From contig JAFZKH010000007.1 of NCBI GenBank assembly GCA_017553685.1, positions 92,656 through 156,655 on the forward strand: a stretch of DNA of 64,000 nucleotides, given 5' to 3'. Below are positions 41,604 to 52,637 of the stretch, one piece after another (within the stretch, counting starts at the first letter, position 1; every line of letters starts with the position of its first letter). The notes under the pieces are model-generated. The model did no database searches. It was not told where the DNA came from and saw nothing but the letters and a program-made list of their open reading frames with translations. This DNA comes from Bacilli bacterium (GTDB lineage: Bacteria; Bacillota_I; Bacilli_A; RF39; UBA660). The position numbers and the translations under genes were made by a program.

Positions 41604-42848
41604 CTATAGGTTTACATTAAGAAAATCAAGTAATTCAGTAGATTCAATCTTTTGCTCTTCTTTTGTTAAATTATCTTTAACAGTAAGAATACCAGATTTA
41701 ACTTCTTCTTCTCCAATAATAACTATATATTTTGGATTTAATTTATCTACTTCTTTAAATTTAGATTTCATACTCTTATTAAGTAAATCTATATCTACTT
41801 TAAATCCACACATTCTTAAATCTTGTGCTAGATTATATGAATACATTAATTCATTTTCAGTAACATTCATAATATATAAATCTATATTATTATCAGCTAC
41901 TTCTATATTATCTCTATTCATTACATCTACTAATCTATCTAGACCAAATGCAAATCCTACTGATGGAATTTCAGGACCATCTAATGAGGCAGTAAGGCCA
42001 TCATATCTTCCTCCTCCACCAACAGAACCAAATTCATCATCTAAAGTCTTATATTCAAATACTATATCATTATAATAATCAAGTCCTCTAACTAGTCTTG
42101 TATTTACTTCATATTCTATATTTAAATATCTTAAATATTCTTGAATTTTAACAAAGTTTTCAGATTCTTCTTCAGATAGGAAATCAAGTATTACTGGAGC
42201 ACTTTCCATTAATTTATTATCACTATCTACTTTACAATCTAGAATTCTAAGAGGATTCTTATATAATCTTTCTTTACAATCTTCACAGAATTCATCTATA
42301 TTTGATTCAAAGTGTTTAATTAAAGCATCTCTATATTTCTTTCTGGTTTCAGTTCCACCAAGGTAATTAATAATTACTTTAGTTTCAATACCTAGTTCAT
42401 CTAAGAAATTCTTACCTAAAGATATAACTTCAGCATCTGCAATAGGTTCTTTAGAACCATATAGTTCTACACCCATTTGTCTAAGTTCTCTATATCTTCC
42501 TTTTTGAGGTCTTTCATATCTAAACATTTGACCAATATAATAAAATTTTCTAGGTAATTCTGTATATAGTTTGTCTTCTATCATACATCTAGCAACAGAT
42601 GCAGTTCCTTCAGGTCTTAAAGTTATATCTCTTCCACCTTTATCTTGGAAATCATAAGTTTCTTTAGTAACTATATCAGTTGTTTCACCTACACCTCTAT
42701 GGAATAATTCAGATCTTTCAAATATTGGAGTTTCTATATAACCAAAGTTATAACTTTCACAAACTGCTCCAAACATTCTTTTAACATAGTCTTGTTTTTT
42801 AGCTAAATTTCCATAAACATCATAAGTACCTTTTGGTCTTTGAATCAT
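41604..42848 (-). CDS. hisS: Histidine--tRNA ligase
   Basis: LRPEGTA, FRYERPQKGRYR, LVRGLDYY, GGGRYD. Confidence 0.97.
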   Translation of the reverse strand: MIQRPKGTYDVYGNLAKKQDYVKRMFGAVCESYNFGYIETPIFERSELFHRGVGETTDIVTKETYDFQDKGGRDITLRPEGTASVARCMIEDKLYTELPRKFYYIGQMFRYERPQKGRYRELRQMGVELYGSKEPIADAEVISLGKNFLDELGIETKVIINYLGGTETRKKYRDALIKHFESNIDEFCEDCKERLYKNPLRILDCKVDSDNKLMESAPVILDFLSEEESENFVKIQEYLRYLNIEYEVNTRLVRGLDYYNDIVFEYKTLDDEFGSVGGGGRYDGLTASLDGPEIPSVGFAFGLDRLVDVMNRDNIEVADNNIDLYIMNVTENELMYSYNLAQDLRMCGFKVDIDLLNKSMKSKFKEVDKLNPKYIVIIGEEEVKSGILTVKDNLTKEEQKIESTELLDFLNVNL

Positions 42849-42954
42849 AATAATCACTTCCTTTAATAATTATATCATAAATATAAATAGTTTTACATAT
42901 TTATTGTAAACGTTGTAAATATATGCTAAAATACTAGAGTTATTAGGAGGAAAT

Positions 42955-44133
42955 ATGAATATATTAGTATTAAATGCTGGTTCATCTTCTTTAAAGTTCC
43001 AAGTTATTGATACAAATACTAAAGAAGTACTTGGATCTGGTAATTTTGAAAGAATTGGTGACGAAGCACAATCATTTTTAGGAATTAAGTATGATGGTAA
43101 TAAGGAAAAGTTTGAACATCCTGCTAAAAATCATACTGAAGCATTAGAGTTCATTATAGAAAAGTTAAATGAACTTGTATTAAAGGGAGAAAAAGAAATT
43201 AATGCAGTTGGACATAGAATAGTTCATGGTGGTAGTAAATTTGTTAAACCACAACTAGTTGACGAAACTGTTATTAATGGATTAAAGGATGTTATTCATT
43301 TAGCACCACTTCATAATCCTGCTGCTATAGCTGGTATTGAAGCTGTTAATGAAATCTTACCTGGTGTTAAATCTGTTGTATGTTTTGATACAGGTTTCCA
43401 TCAAACAATGAAAGAAACTCAATATATATACCCTATTCCATATGAATACTATGAAAAATATGGTATTAGAAAATATGGTGCTCATGGTATATCACATGAA
43501 TATGTTTCAAAAAGAATTGCTGAAATTAAAGGTAATAATGATTTAAAAGTTATTAACTGTCATTTAGGACAAGGAGCTTCATTATGCGCTATTAATAAAG
43601 GCGAATGCGTTGATACTTCAATGGGATTTACTCCTGCAGCTGGTATTCCAATGGGATCTAGAACTGGAGATATTGATCCATCAGTTATAACATTTATTAT
43701 GAAAGAAGAAAATCTTACTCCAGAAGAAATGAATGTTATTATTAATAAAGAATCTGGTAAAAAAGGTATTTCTCAATTATCAGCAGACGATAGAGATTTA
43801 GAAGAAGCTATGGCAAATGGTAATACTCAAGCTAAACTTGCTTTAGATATATTCCATTACAAGGTAGCTCAATATATAGCATCTTATATGGTAGCACTTG
43901 GAGGATGTGATGTAATTACATTTGCTGGTGGTATTGGTGAAAGAGGAAATTATTCAAGAGAAGAAATTTGTAAATATTTATCTTGCTTTGGTGTTAAACT
44001 AGATCTAGAAAAGAATAAAGTTAAAGCCGAAGAAGAAAAGATTTCATCTGATGATTCTGCTATAGAAGTTTGGGTAGTTCCTACTAACGAAGAATTAATG
44101 ATTGCATTAGAAACTGAAAAATTAACAAAATAA
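42955..44133 (+). CDS. ackA: Acetate kinase
   Basis: LNAGSSSLK, GHRIVHGG, APLHNP, FDTGFH, PTNEE. Confidence 0.97.
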   Translation: MNILVLNAGSSSLKFQVIDTNTKEVLGSGNFERIGDEAQSFLGIKYDGNKEKFEHPAKNHTEALEFIIEKLNELVLKGEKEINAVGHRIVHGGSKFVKPQLVDETVINGLKDVIHLAPLHNPAAIAGIEAVNEILPGVKSVVCFDTGFHQTMKETQYIYPIPYEYYEKYGIRKYGAHGISHEYVSKRIAEIKGNNDLKVINCHLGQGASLCAINKGECVDTSMGFTPAAGIPMGSRTGDIDPSVITFIMKEENLTPEEMNVIINKESGKKGISQLSADDRDLEEAMANGNTQAKLALDIFHYKVAQYIASYMVALGGCDVITFAGGIGERGNYSREEICKYLSCFGVKLDLEKNKVKAEEEKISSDDSAIEVWVVPTNEELMIALETEKLTK

Positions 44134-44142
44134 AAAGTAGAC

Positions 44143-44913
44143 TTAATGTCTACTTTTTTGATGCTCTTTTTGAAGTTCTATTAACCTAGCATACTCATCT
44201 TCAAATCTAGTTATCATCTTTTCTTTTTCTTCTTCTGAAATAATATCATTATCTTCCATATATTTATAAAAATATGTTCTTAAAGCATTCATAATACTAT
44301 TAAATTCAAAACTAGATACATTATGCTTATTTAATCTATAATCCAAATTAATTCTTTCTGCATATACATTTATTTCATTAAATGATCCATCACCCATTAC
44401 ATGATCAAATAAATCTCTTATAAACTCTCTATCATCTAATGCTGCTTCTTCCAAGTTATTACCATCATGTATATTATAGTGAGTTGAAAATGCTATTAAG
44501 CCAAAATTACCTATATCATCTAATATGCTTTTTTCTCTAGGTTTAGTTGTATATTTATCAAATAAATCATTATATACTTTATCAAAGAATATTGGAAAAT
44601 ATAAAGCTTCATCACCACCTGTAGAGTAATGAATTACTGTTTCAAATACAAATCTTTTAACTACTTTATCAAACTCTTCTGGATCCATACCATAAGTCTT
44701 AAAATATAAATCTTCACCATCATCATATGGATTTGTATTAGAATTATTTACTTTTTTTAATAATTCAACACCTAATAATGAATCTTTTATATAATCAACA
44801 TTATAATCAATTTTTTCAGTATTAACAGTTTTATAAATATATGCATTAATAGATTCTATTAAATCTCTAACTGTATATTTTTCACTATCATCTTTATATA
44901 TAAAATGAACCAT
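44143..44913 (-). CDS. Hypothetical acidic protein (orphan)
   Basis: 256-aa ORF starting right after the PFOR stop codon. Confidence 0.7.
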   Translation of the reverse strand: MVHFIYKDDSEKYTVRDLIESINAYIYKTVNTEKIDYNVDYIKDSLLGVELLKKVNNSNTNPYDDGEDLYFKTYGMDPEEFDKVVKRFVFETVIHYSTGGDEALYFPIFFDKVYNDLFDKYTTKPREKSILDDIGNFGLIAFSTHYNIHDGNNLEEAALDDREFIRDLFDHVMGDGSFNEINVYAERINLDYRLNKHNVSSFEFNSIMNALRTYFYKYMEDNDIISEEEKEKMITRFEDEYARLIELQKEHQKSRH

Positions 44914-44914
44914 A

Positions 44915-47900
44915 TTATTCCTCTATTACTTCTTCTTTTAGTTTATTTTCTAAATCTAAATAATAATTAAATCTATCTTTAGCATTATTAATATTATCTA
45001 TTAATAATCTTTTAGCATTCTTAGAATTAACTTCTGCTATCATCTTATATCTAGTTTCATTCTTTAATACTTCTGAATATAAACTAAAATCTACATTTTT
45101 ATAATCTAGTTTAAATTCATTTTTAGATTTATCATATCTAAATATTGGATAATATCCTGATTTAACTATTAGTTTTTCTTCTTCCAAAGAGTTCTTCATA
45201 CCACCTTTAATACCATGTAATATACATGGAGCATATGCAATTATAATAGATGGTCCTTTATGCTCATTTGCTTCTTTAAATGCCTTTAAAGTGGCTTCTA
45301 TATTAGCTCCTAAACATACTTGAGCTATATACACATTATCATAGTTCATAAACATTTTAGCTAAATCTTTTTTAGAAGTCTTTTTACCAGTAGAACTAAA
45401 CTTAGCAATAGATGCTTTATTAGTAGCTTTTGATGATTGACCTCCAGTATTAGAATATATCTCATTATCTAGTACTAATATATTTACGTCTTTATTAGAT
45501 GCTATTACATGATCTATACCATTAAATCCAATATCATAACTCCATCCATCTCCGCCAATAATCCATACACTCTTTTGAGGTATATATTCTTTTAAAGGAA
45601 GAAGTTCAGGTACTTCATCATAATCTATATTATCTTTAATAATTACACTATTTTTATAATTATATGGATCATCTATATATCTACTAAATAATTCTCTATT
45701 CTTAGTAGATACTTTATCCATATTATCTTTCATAATTCTAATTATTTTCTTTTTATTAACATCAGATGCTGCCTTTATACCAAGTCCAAATTCTGCATTA
45801 TCTTCGAATAAAGAGTTTGCCCAAGAAACACTAAATGGACTAGTTGGAGAAGATCCTCCATAAATAGATGAACATCCAGTAGCATTAGCAATAACCATAC
45901 CTTCTCCAATTACTTGAGTAAGAAGTTTAATATAAGCAGCTTCCCCGCATCCAGCACAAGCACCACTATATTTAAATAATGGTTTATTATATGCTATTTG
46001 CATAGATGAAAATTTAGGATAAATATTCTTTTTAGTAACTTTATTTATCTTTTCATTTGATCTATCTACATCTTTATTATCATTCATTGTAATTGCTTTA
46101 TTAGGGCATACTGATGAACACAAACCACATCCTAAACAACTATCATAATTAATTTCTAATGCATAATAAAGGTCTTTACCAGGAACTCCCCTATATTTAA
46201 TATTTGGATGTTCTCTTAGTTCATCTTCTGTAAGTAATTTTGGTTTTATTACTCCATGAGGACATACAAGTGAACATTTATTACATGATATACATGCTGA
46301 TGAATCCCAATCAGGTAATTTTTCTGCTACATTTCTTCTTTCAAGTCTAGATGTATTTATATCATAAGTACCATTATCATGAATTAAAAATTCTGAAACA
46401 GGCAAATCATCACCTTTTAAATGAAGAACAGAATTAATTATTCCCTCATAATTAGTTTCTTCATATATTTTATCACTATCATCAATAATAACTGTAGTAA
46501 TAGAATCAGATGCCATCATAATAGCAGCTATATTACTATTAACTATATCTTCTCCTTTATTAGATAATGATTTTTCTACTTGTTTAATCATTACTTCTAA
46601 TGCTTTTTCATATGGATATATATTAATAATCTTCATAATAGCAGCTTCCATAATATAACTAATCTTACCAGGTATATTATTTAATTTTGCTATCTTAGAT
46701 GCATCAATAGTATAAAATCTAAGTTTCTTTTTATATATTAATGCTTTTATATTATCATCTATTTCATCTATATTTTTAGAAGTATTTAATATAAAGATTC
46801 CATTATCTTTTATATTAAATAACATATCATACACACCTAAATAACTATCTTTAGAACATACTACAATATGAGGAGTCTCTATATAATATGGACTTCTTAT
46901 TTCATCTTTACCAATTCTAATAAATTCTCTTGTTACTCCTCCACTCTTATGTGAATCATATAAACCATATTCTTGTACAAATAATGGTGTATTTTCTCCA
47001 ACTAAAGTAACTATATTTTTAGATGCCATATTCATACCATCTGATCCATATCCATATATAATCATTTCAATATTAGTGTTTGGAATAGGAGTATTATTCT
47101 TTGGTAAACTCTTATTAGATACATCATCTATAATTCCAATAACAAAATCATCTTTAATATCACTATTAGCCATATTATCATAAACAGATAATATATCATT
47201 TATATTAGTATTTTTAGAAGATATTCCATATCTTCCTCCTACTACTTCTATATCTAATTTATTATTCTTAATAATATTATTAATATCAAGATACATAGCT
47301 TCTCTAGATGTAGTTTCTTTATATCTTTCAAGAACAGTTATTCTACTACATGTTTTAGGAAGTACATCTAAGAAATATTTTTCTGAAAATGGTCTAAATA
47401 AATGAACTTCTATTAAACCTAGTTTTTCTTCTGATACTTTTATAGCTTCTCTAATAGTATCACATACAGATCCCATAGCCACTATTACTCTTTTAGCATT
47501 AGGATCTCCATAATAATTAAATGGTTTATAATCAGTTTTAAACTTCTTATTAACCTCTTTCATCTTTTTATTAACTATATCAGGTAACTTTTCATAATAT
47601 TCATTTCTAACTTCTAAATTTTGAAAATAAATATCTTCATTTTGAGCAGTTCCTTTAATTATCTTAGATGATAATAAAGTTTCGTTTTTAAACCTATTTA
47701 TCCCGTCCATATCAACGAGTTCTTTAACTTCTTCATCATCTAATAGATTTACTTTATTAAGTTCATGAGAAGTTCTAAAACCATCAAAGAAATTAATAAA
47801 TGGAACTGAACCCTCTAATGTACTTAAATAAGATAGTAATGTCATATATTGAGTATCATTAACTGAAGAAGATGCCATTATAGCAAAACCCGTACTTCTT

Positions 47901-48295
47901 ACAGCATATATATCAGAATGATCTCCAAATATAGATAGTGCATGAGTAGCTACTGTTCTAGATGCAACATTTATAACACAAGGAAGTAATTCACCTGCTA
48001 TTTTATACATTTCTGGAATCATTAATAATAGACCTTGTGATGATGTATAAGTACTTGATAATGACCCTGATAAAAGTGAACCATGAATTAATGCAGCAGC
48101 TCCTGCTTCACTTTGCATTTCTACAAGTTTTACTTTATTATCAAAAATATTTAATCTTCCATCTATAGCCCATTTTTCTATTAATTCAGGCATTTTAGAA
48201 GAAGGAGTTATTGGATATATACCTGCTACTTCTGTAAATAAATAAGATATATAAGCGCAAGCATAATTACCATCAATTACTTTATATTGACTCAT
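44915..48295 (-). CDS. nifJ: Pyruvate:ferredoxin (flavodoxin) oxidoreductase
   Basis: YPITPSS, EMQSEAGAA, two CxxCxxCxxxCP, GACAGCGE, ANATGCS, GGDGW. Confidence 0.95.
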   Translation of the reverse strand: MSQYKVIDGNYACAYISYLFTEVAGIYPITPSSKMPELIEKWAIDGRLNIFDNKVKLVEMQSEAGAAALIHGSLLSGSLSSTYTSSQGLLLMIPEMYKIAGELLPCVINVASRTVATHALSIFGDHSDIYAVRSTGFAIMASSSVNDTQYMTLLSYLSTLEGSVPFINFFDGFRTSHELNKVNLLDDEEVKELVDMDGINRFKNETLLSSKIIKGTAQNEDIYFQNLEVRNEYYEKLPDIVNKKMKEVNKKFKTDYKPFNYYGDPNAKRVIVAMGSVCDTIREAIKVSEEKLGLIEVHLFRPFSEKYFLDVLPKTCSRITVLERYKETTSREAMYLDINNIIKNNKLDIEVVGGRYGISSKNTNINDILSVYDNMANSDIKDDFVIGIIDDVSNKSLPKNNTPIPNTNIEMIIYGYGSDGMNMASKNIVTLVGENTPLFVQEYGLYDSHKSGGVTREFIRIGKDEIRSPYYIETPHIVVCSKDSYLGVYDMLFNIKDNGIFILNTSKNIDEIDDNIKALIYKKKLRFYTIDASKIAKLNNIPGKISYIMEAAIMKIINIYPYEKALEVMIKQVEKSLSNKGEDIVNSNIAAIMMASDSITTVIIDDSDKIYEETNYEGIINSVLHLKGDDLPVSEFLIHDNGTYDINTSRLERRNVAEKLPDWDSSACISCNKCSLVCPHGVIKPKLLTEDELREHPNIKYRGVPGKDLYYALEINYDSCLGCGLCSSVCPNKAITMNDNKDVDRSNEKINKVTKKNIYPKFSSMQIAYNKPLFKYSGACAGCGEAAYIKLLTQVIGEGMVIANATGCSSIYGGSSPTSPFSVSWANSLFEDNAEFGLGIKAASDVNKKKIIRIMKDNMDKVSTKNRELFSRYIDDPYNYKNSVIIKDNIDYDEVPELLPLKEYIPQKSVWIIGGDGWSYDIGFNGIDHVIASNKDVNILVLDNEIYSNTGGQSSKATNKASIAKFSSTGKKTSKKDLAKMFMNYDNVYIAQVCLGANIEATLKAFKEANEHKGPSIIIAYAPCILHGIKGGMKNSLEEEKLIVKSGYYPIFRYDKSKNEFKLDYKNVDFSLYSEVLKNETRYKMIAEVNSKNAKRLLIDNINNAKDRFNYYLDLENKLKEEVIEE

Positions 48296-48300
48296 CACTA

Positions 48301-48351
48301 TCACCTAACTTAATTATAACATAAAAAATAACTAGTTTTACTAGTTATTTT
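48301..48351 (-). repeat. Terminator, -10 and RBS module, copy 1 of a ~50-bp direct repeat (copy 2 at 49525-49574)
   Basis: TCACCTnnnTTAATTATAnCA(T)AAAAAATAACTAGTTTnACTAGTTATTTT; 5 differences over 51 nt by hand alignment. Confidence 0.85.
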
Positions 48352-49519
48352 AATTAAACCTATGTGTTGAACTCATTATATTAAATCTTTTTTTAATAAT
48401 GAGATTCATAGCATCATCAATATATTCATCTATTTTATCTTCACTCATACCTTCAATCCTTTTAGTAGTTCTAAGTACATCAGGCAAAATATTAATAATT
48501 TCAGAGAATTTAGATCCTTCAGAAGATAAAACATCTACATTCAAATCACTTGTAATACCTACTTCTTTATTTGATGGATACATTTCAAATGTATCTATAA
48601 TTTCATTTGGAAAATACTTTTTATATTCATAAGCAGGTATAAGAAAATAATTATATGAAATAGTTCTAGGTAATTCTTTAATTATTTTTTCATCATTATC
48701 CAATTCATTATCATAATATCTCTTCCCATCAGGAGTCTCTATTAAATACATTTCTTCAGATGAATCCCAAGTAGGATCAAATATATATAATCCGTTAATA
48801 TTATACTTAGCATCAGTAATATTTACTATTGCTCTTGCATGTGCAAACCCATCATTTTCTTCAGTATCTAATACAGACATAACTGCAGATTCTATGCCCA
48901 TTTCTTTTAATAATTGACAAAACAAATATGTATAACCTACACAAACAATATTTCCAGTTTTAAATATTTTAGCCATATTTCTAGAATCTAATGAATGTTC
49001 AGGGTCATCTACATCTTGATATTCAAAAAATTTAACATGATCATATGCAAGTGTTATTTTTTCAAGAGATGATAGGTTCTCAGTAGGATATGTTTCCATA
49101 AATGTATTAAAGAATGCTCTCATATTAGTAAATTCATCTATAGAACAAAAACCAGGAGTACCACTATATTTAACATATATATCAATATTTATATCATTTA
49201 AATCTTCTATACCAGGATAATTCTTATTATCAAGTTCTAAAATAATTCTTTTATATTTTGATATATCTTTATTATTTAATTCTTCTTTTATATCATCTAA
49301 TGTTTTATTTTGTCCTTTAATAACTAAACTATCAGAAGAAATATAATACATAGTTAAATACCAAAAATCATCATCTTTAGCAGCATCAAATAATTCTTTT
49401 GCATCTTCTTCTGAATCAAAATTTAGTCCAAAAGGACGATCATTATAGAATTCTTCAAAAGAAGAATAATAACTAAATACATTTCTTAACATTTCTAATG
49501 CTTGATCATTTAATTTCAT
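48350..49519 (-). CDS. Transglutaminase-like cysteine protease domain protein
   Basis: IVCVGY...LLKEMGI...HAR...FDPTWD Cys-His-Asp triad. Confidence 0.75.
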   Translation of the reverse strand: MKLNDQALEMLRNVFSYYSSFEEFYNDRPFGLNFDSEEDAKELFDAAKDDDFWYLTMYYISSDSLVIKGQNKTLDDIKEELNNKDISKYKRIILELDNKNYPGIEDLNDINIDIYVKYSGTPGFCSIDEFTNMRAFFNTFMETYPTENLSSLEKITLAYDHVKFFEYQDVDDPEHSLDSRNMAKIFKTGNIVCVGYTYLFCQLLKEMGIESAVMSVLDTEENDGFAHARAIVNITDAKYNINGLYIFDPTWDSSEEMYLIETPDGKRYYDNELDNDEKIIKELPRTISYNYFLIPAYEYKKYFPNEIIDTFEMYPSNKEVGITSDLNVDVLSSEGSKFSEIINILPDVLRTTKRIEGMSEDKIDEYIDDAMNLIIKKRFNIMSSTHRFN

Positions 49520-49567
49520 ATAGTTCACCTATATTAATTATAGCAAAAAAATAACTAGTTTAACTAG

Positions 49568-50656
49568 TTATTTTTGTTCCTTACATTCTAACATTAATGT
49601 CTTTGCCTGTAATTTTTTATTTCTTTCTGAAATAATAGATAAGGCAGTTTCTAAATCTAAAGCTAACTTTTCTAAATCTTCTTTAGTAATTTTATGTTTA
49701 TTCATTCCTAAACCAAGAGTACCCTTTGTTAAATCATATATATCTGAAGATATTAATTCATCTTTTTTATCAAATTTTGTAACTTCTATAGTTTCACATG
49801 CTTTTATATTAAATCTTCTATATTTTATTGATTTATCAGCTTTAGAAAATCTATGTGTTATTTCAACAGTTTCTAGAGTTTTACCATTTTTAGCTTCTTT
49901 TGAAGCACAATCAGAGGTAAAACTCATTGCTGAATCACCATATCTATAGGATGTAAGACCTTTTTTAGGTTCTCCTATTTCTAACGAGTCAAAACTTATA
50001 CTAATATCATTTCTTTTAGCAAAATTATATATATCGCCAAATTCAAATGAATCATCTATTAATGGATTAACTGCTTTATCATATGCATCTAATAGATTTA
50101 CAACCTTTCCTTTTATATCATCTAAATCAGAATCTAAAGATTGTAAACTAAATGGTTTAAACTTTCTATTCATGAATTTTTTTGGAGTTTTAGATAAAGA
50201 TTTTTTTCTTGTTTCAAATAATTTACTCATTATTCTCGCATAAGTATCATTAACATCAATAGAATCTAATAATTCATCAGTGTCTTCCTCAATAGCATAA
50301 TATCTTATAAGAGTATCATAGAAAACTAAAAAATCTCTTAAACTACCAATTCTAAACGATTTAATATATTTTTTGTATCTTAAATCACTACGAGTTAAAG
50401 GTTTTAATTTATCTCCTCTACCAAAGCATTCTCTACCAATTCTATCATATGTTTTTCTAATTACTTCTGTTGGAATCGAACCAACACAAACAGCAAAAAA
50501 GTTATAATAGAAACCTATTTTGTATTTTTCAGAATAACGAAAATCATCTAATAAAAATTTAAATTTATCTTTAATAGGTGTTTTTTGATCCTTATTAGGT
50601 TTAAATTTTTGAATACCTAATTCATTCATGACTGCTCTATATTCACTAAATGTCAT
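49568..50656 (-). CDS. Hypothetical protein (orphan)
   Basis: 362-aa ORF, AAGGGG RBS. Confidence 0.75.
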   Translation of the reverse strand: MTFSEYRAVMNELGIQKFKPNKDQKTPIKDKFKFLLDDFRYSEKYKIGFYYNFFAVCVGSIPTEVIRKTYDRIGRECFGRGDKLKPLTRSDLRYKKYIKSFRIGSLRDFLVFYDTLIRYYAIEEDTDELLDSIDVNDTYARIMSKLFETRKKSLSKTPKKFMNRKFKPFSLQSLDSDLDDIKGKVVNLLDAYDKAVNPLIDDSFEFGDIYNFAKRNDISISFDSLEIGEPKKGLTSYRYGDSAMSFTSDCASKEAKNGKTLETVEITHRFSKADKSIKYRRFNIKACETIEVTKFDKKDELISSDIYDLTKGTLGLGMNKHKITKEDLEKLALDLETALSIISERNKKLQAKTLMLECKEQK

Positions 50657-50734
50657 AATAATTTCCCCCTTTTTTAAAAAGACGCATATATTCTACAATA
50701 TAATGTTTTATTTGTCAAAAAAAATGAGCAAACA

Positions 50735-52555
50735 TTATTTTTGCTCATTTCTTATTCTAGCATCATATTTCTTTCTTTCTTCAGTATTAAGAATTTTCTT
50801 TCTTAATCTAAAGTTAGTTGGAGTTATTTCAACTAGTTCATCATTATTAATATATTCAAGTGCAGCTTCTAAAGATAAAACTTTAGGTCTTTTTAAAACT
50901 ACTGTGTGATCTTTACCAGCACTTCTTGTATTAGTTAAGTTTTTACCTTTAACTACATTAACAGCAAGATCAGCATCTTTATTAGCTTCTCCTACTATCA
51001 TACCTTCATATATTTCATCACCAGGTTCAATAAACATGATACCTCTATCTTCTAATTGTCCTAGTGCATAAGCAGTAGCAGCACCATTTTCCATAGAAAC
51101 TAGAACACCAAGTTTTCTTTCACCAACAGTTTGAGATTGTTTTGGTAAATATTCTTTAAATGTATGATTAAGTACTCCGTAACCTTTAGTCATAGTCATA
51201 AAGTCTGTTGTGAAACCAATTAAACCTCTAGACGGTACAGTATATGTTAATTTAACTATACCAGGTAAATTAGTCATAGTTTCCATAGTGCCACCTCTAA
51301 GACCTAAGGCTTCTATAATAGATCCTACAGTATCTTCAGGGCATTCAATAGAAACATCTTCATATGGTTCACATTCAACACCATTTATTTCTTTAATAAT
51401 AACTTCTGGTTTAGATACTTCAAGTTCAAAACCTTCTCTTCTCATATTTTCAATTAAAATAGATAAATGAAGTTCTCCTCTACCAGATACAATAAAGCTT
51501 TCTTGATCGTTATCTCTAATTTTTAAAGATACGTCAGATTCTGCTTGTTTATATAATCTTTCTCTTATTTTAGTAGCAGTTACAAATTTACCTTCTTTAC
51601 CTACAAATGGTGATGAATTAACACCAAATGTCATTTGTAATGTTGGTTCATCAATTCTAAGTTTAGGTAGTGCTTCCTCATGACCTTCAGCACATATAGT
51701 TTCTCCAACTTCTATGTCAGATAGTCCTGCTATAGCAATAACATCACCAGCATGTGCTTCTTCAACTTCTAATCTTTTTAAACCATAGTAACTAAATAGC
51801 TTTTGAATTCTAAATTTCTTAATAGATCCATCTAATCTAACACAAGAAACCATTTCATTAACTTTAACAGATCCTCTATTAACAGTACCAATACCAATTC
51901 TTCCTACATAATCATTATAGTCTAATAATGCAGGTTGGAATCTAAATGCTCCTTCTTCTACTTTTGGAGCAGGTACTTCATTAACTATTAAATCAAATAT
52001 TGGATCCATAGTCTTTTCTTGAGTAGATAAATCAGGACTAAGTGAACAAGTACCGTTAATAGCAGATGCATAAGCAACTTTAAAGTCTAATTGTTCATCT
52101 GATGCACCTAGTTCCATTAATAATTCTAAAACTTCTTCTACTACTTCATTAATTCTTGAAGTTGGTTTATCAACTTTATTTACTACAACTATAATTTTTA
52201 AATTAGCTTCTAATGCTTTCTTTAATACAAATTTTGTTTGAGGCATAACACCTTCATAAGCATCAACAAGTAATATAGCACCATCAACCATGTGCATTAT
52301 TCTTTCTACTTCTCCACCAAAATCAGCATGTCCTGGAGTATCTAGAATATTAATTTTATAATCTTTATACTTAACTGATGTAGGTTTAGCTAAAATAGTA
52401 ATACCTCTTTCTCTTTCAATATCATTTGAGTCCATTGCTCTTTCAGCAACTACTTCATTTTCCCTAAAAGTATTAGATTCTTTTAATAATCCGTCTACTA
52501 AAGTAGTTTTACCATGGTCTACGTGCGCAATAATTGCTACGTTTCTAATTTCCAT
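50735..52555 (-). CDS. typA: Translational GTPase TypA/BipA
   Basis: IAHVDHGKTT, DTPGHADFGGEVER, GRGELHL, EITP..RLRK. Confidence 0.97.
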   Translation of the reverse strand: MEIRNVAIIAHVDHGKTTLVDGLLKESNTFRENEVVAERAMDSNDIERERGITILAKPTSVKYKDYKINILDTPGHADFGGEVERIMHMVDGAILLVDAYEGVMPQTKFVLKKALEANLKIIVVVNKVDKPTSRINEVVEEVLELLMELGASDEQLDFKVAYASAINGTCSLSPDLSTQEKTMDPIFDLIVNEVPAPKVEEGAFRFQPALLDYNDYVGRIGIGTVNRGSVKVNEMVSCVRLDGSIKKFRIQKLFSYYGLKRLEVEEAHAGDVIAIAGLSDIEVGETICAEGHEEALPKLRIDEPTLQMTFGVNSSPFVGKEGKFVTATKIRERLYKQAESDVSLKIRDNDQESFIVSGRGELHLSILIENMRREGFELEVSKPEVIIKEINGVECEPYEDVSIECPEDTVGSIIEALGLRGGTMETMTNLPGIVKLTYTVPSRGLIGFTTDFMTMTKGYGVLNHTFKEYLPKQSQTVGERKLGVLVSMENGAATAYALGQLEDRGIMFIEPGDEIYEGMIVGEANKDADLAVNVVKGKNLTNTRSAGKDHTVVLKRPKVLSLEAALEYINNDELVEITPTNFRLRKKILNTEERKKYDARIRNEQK

Positions 52556-52637
52556 ATACTTCATCCCCTTTTTGGAAAGCCTAAGATATTATAACACTTA
52601 TTTAATATTTTGCAAATAAAAAAAGAAGTAAAACTTC

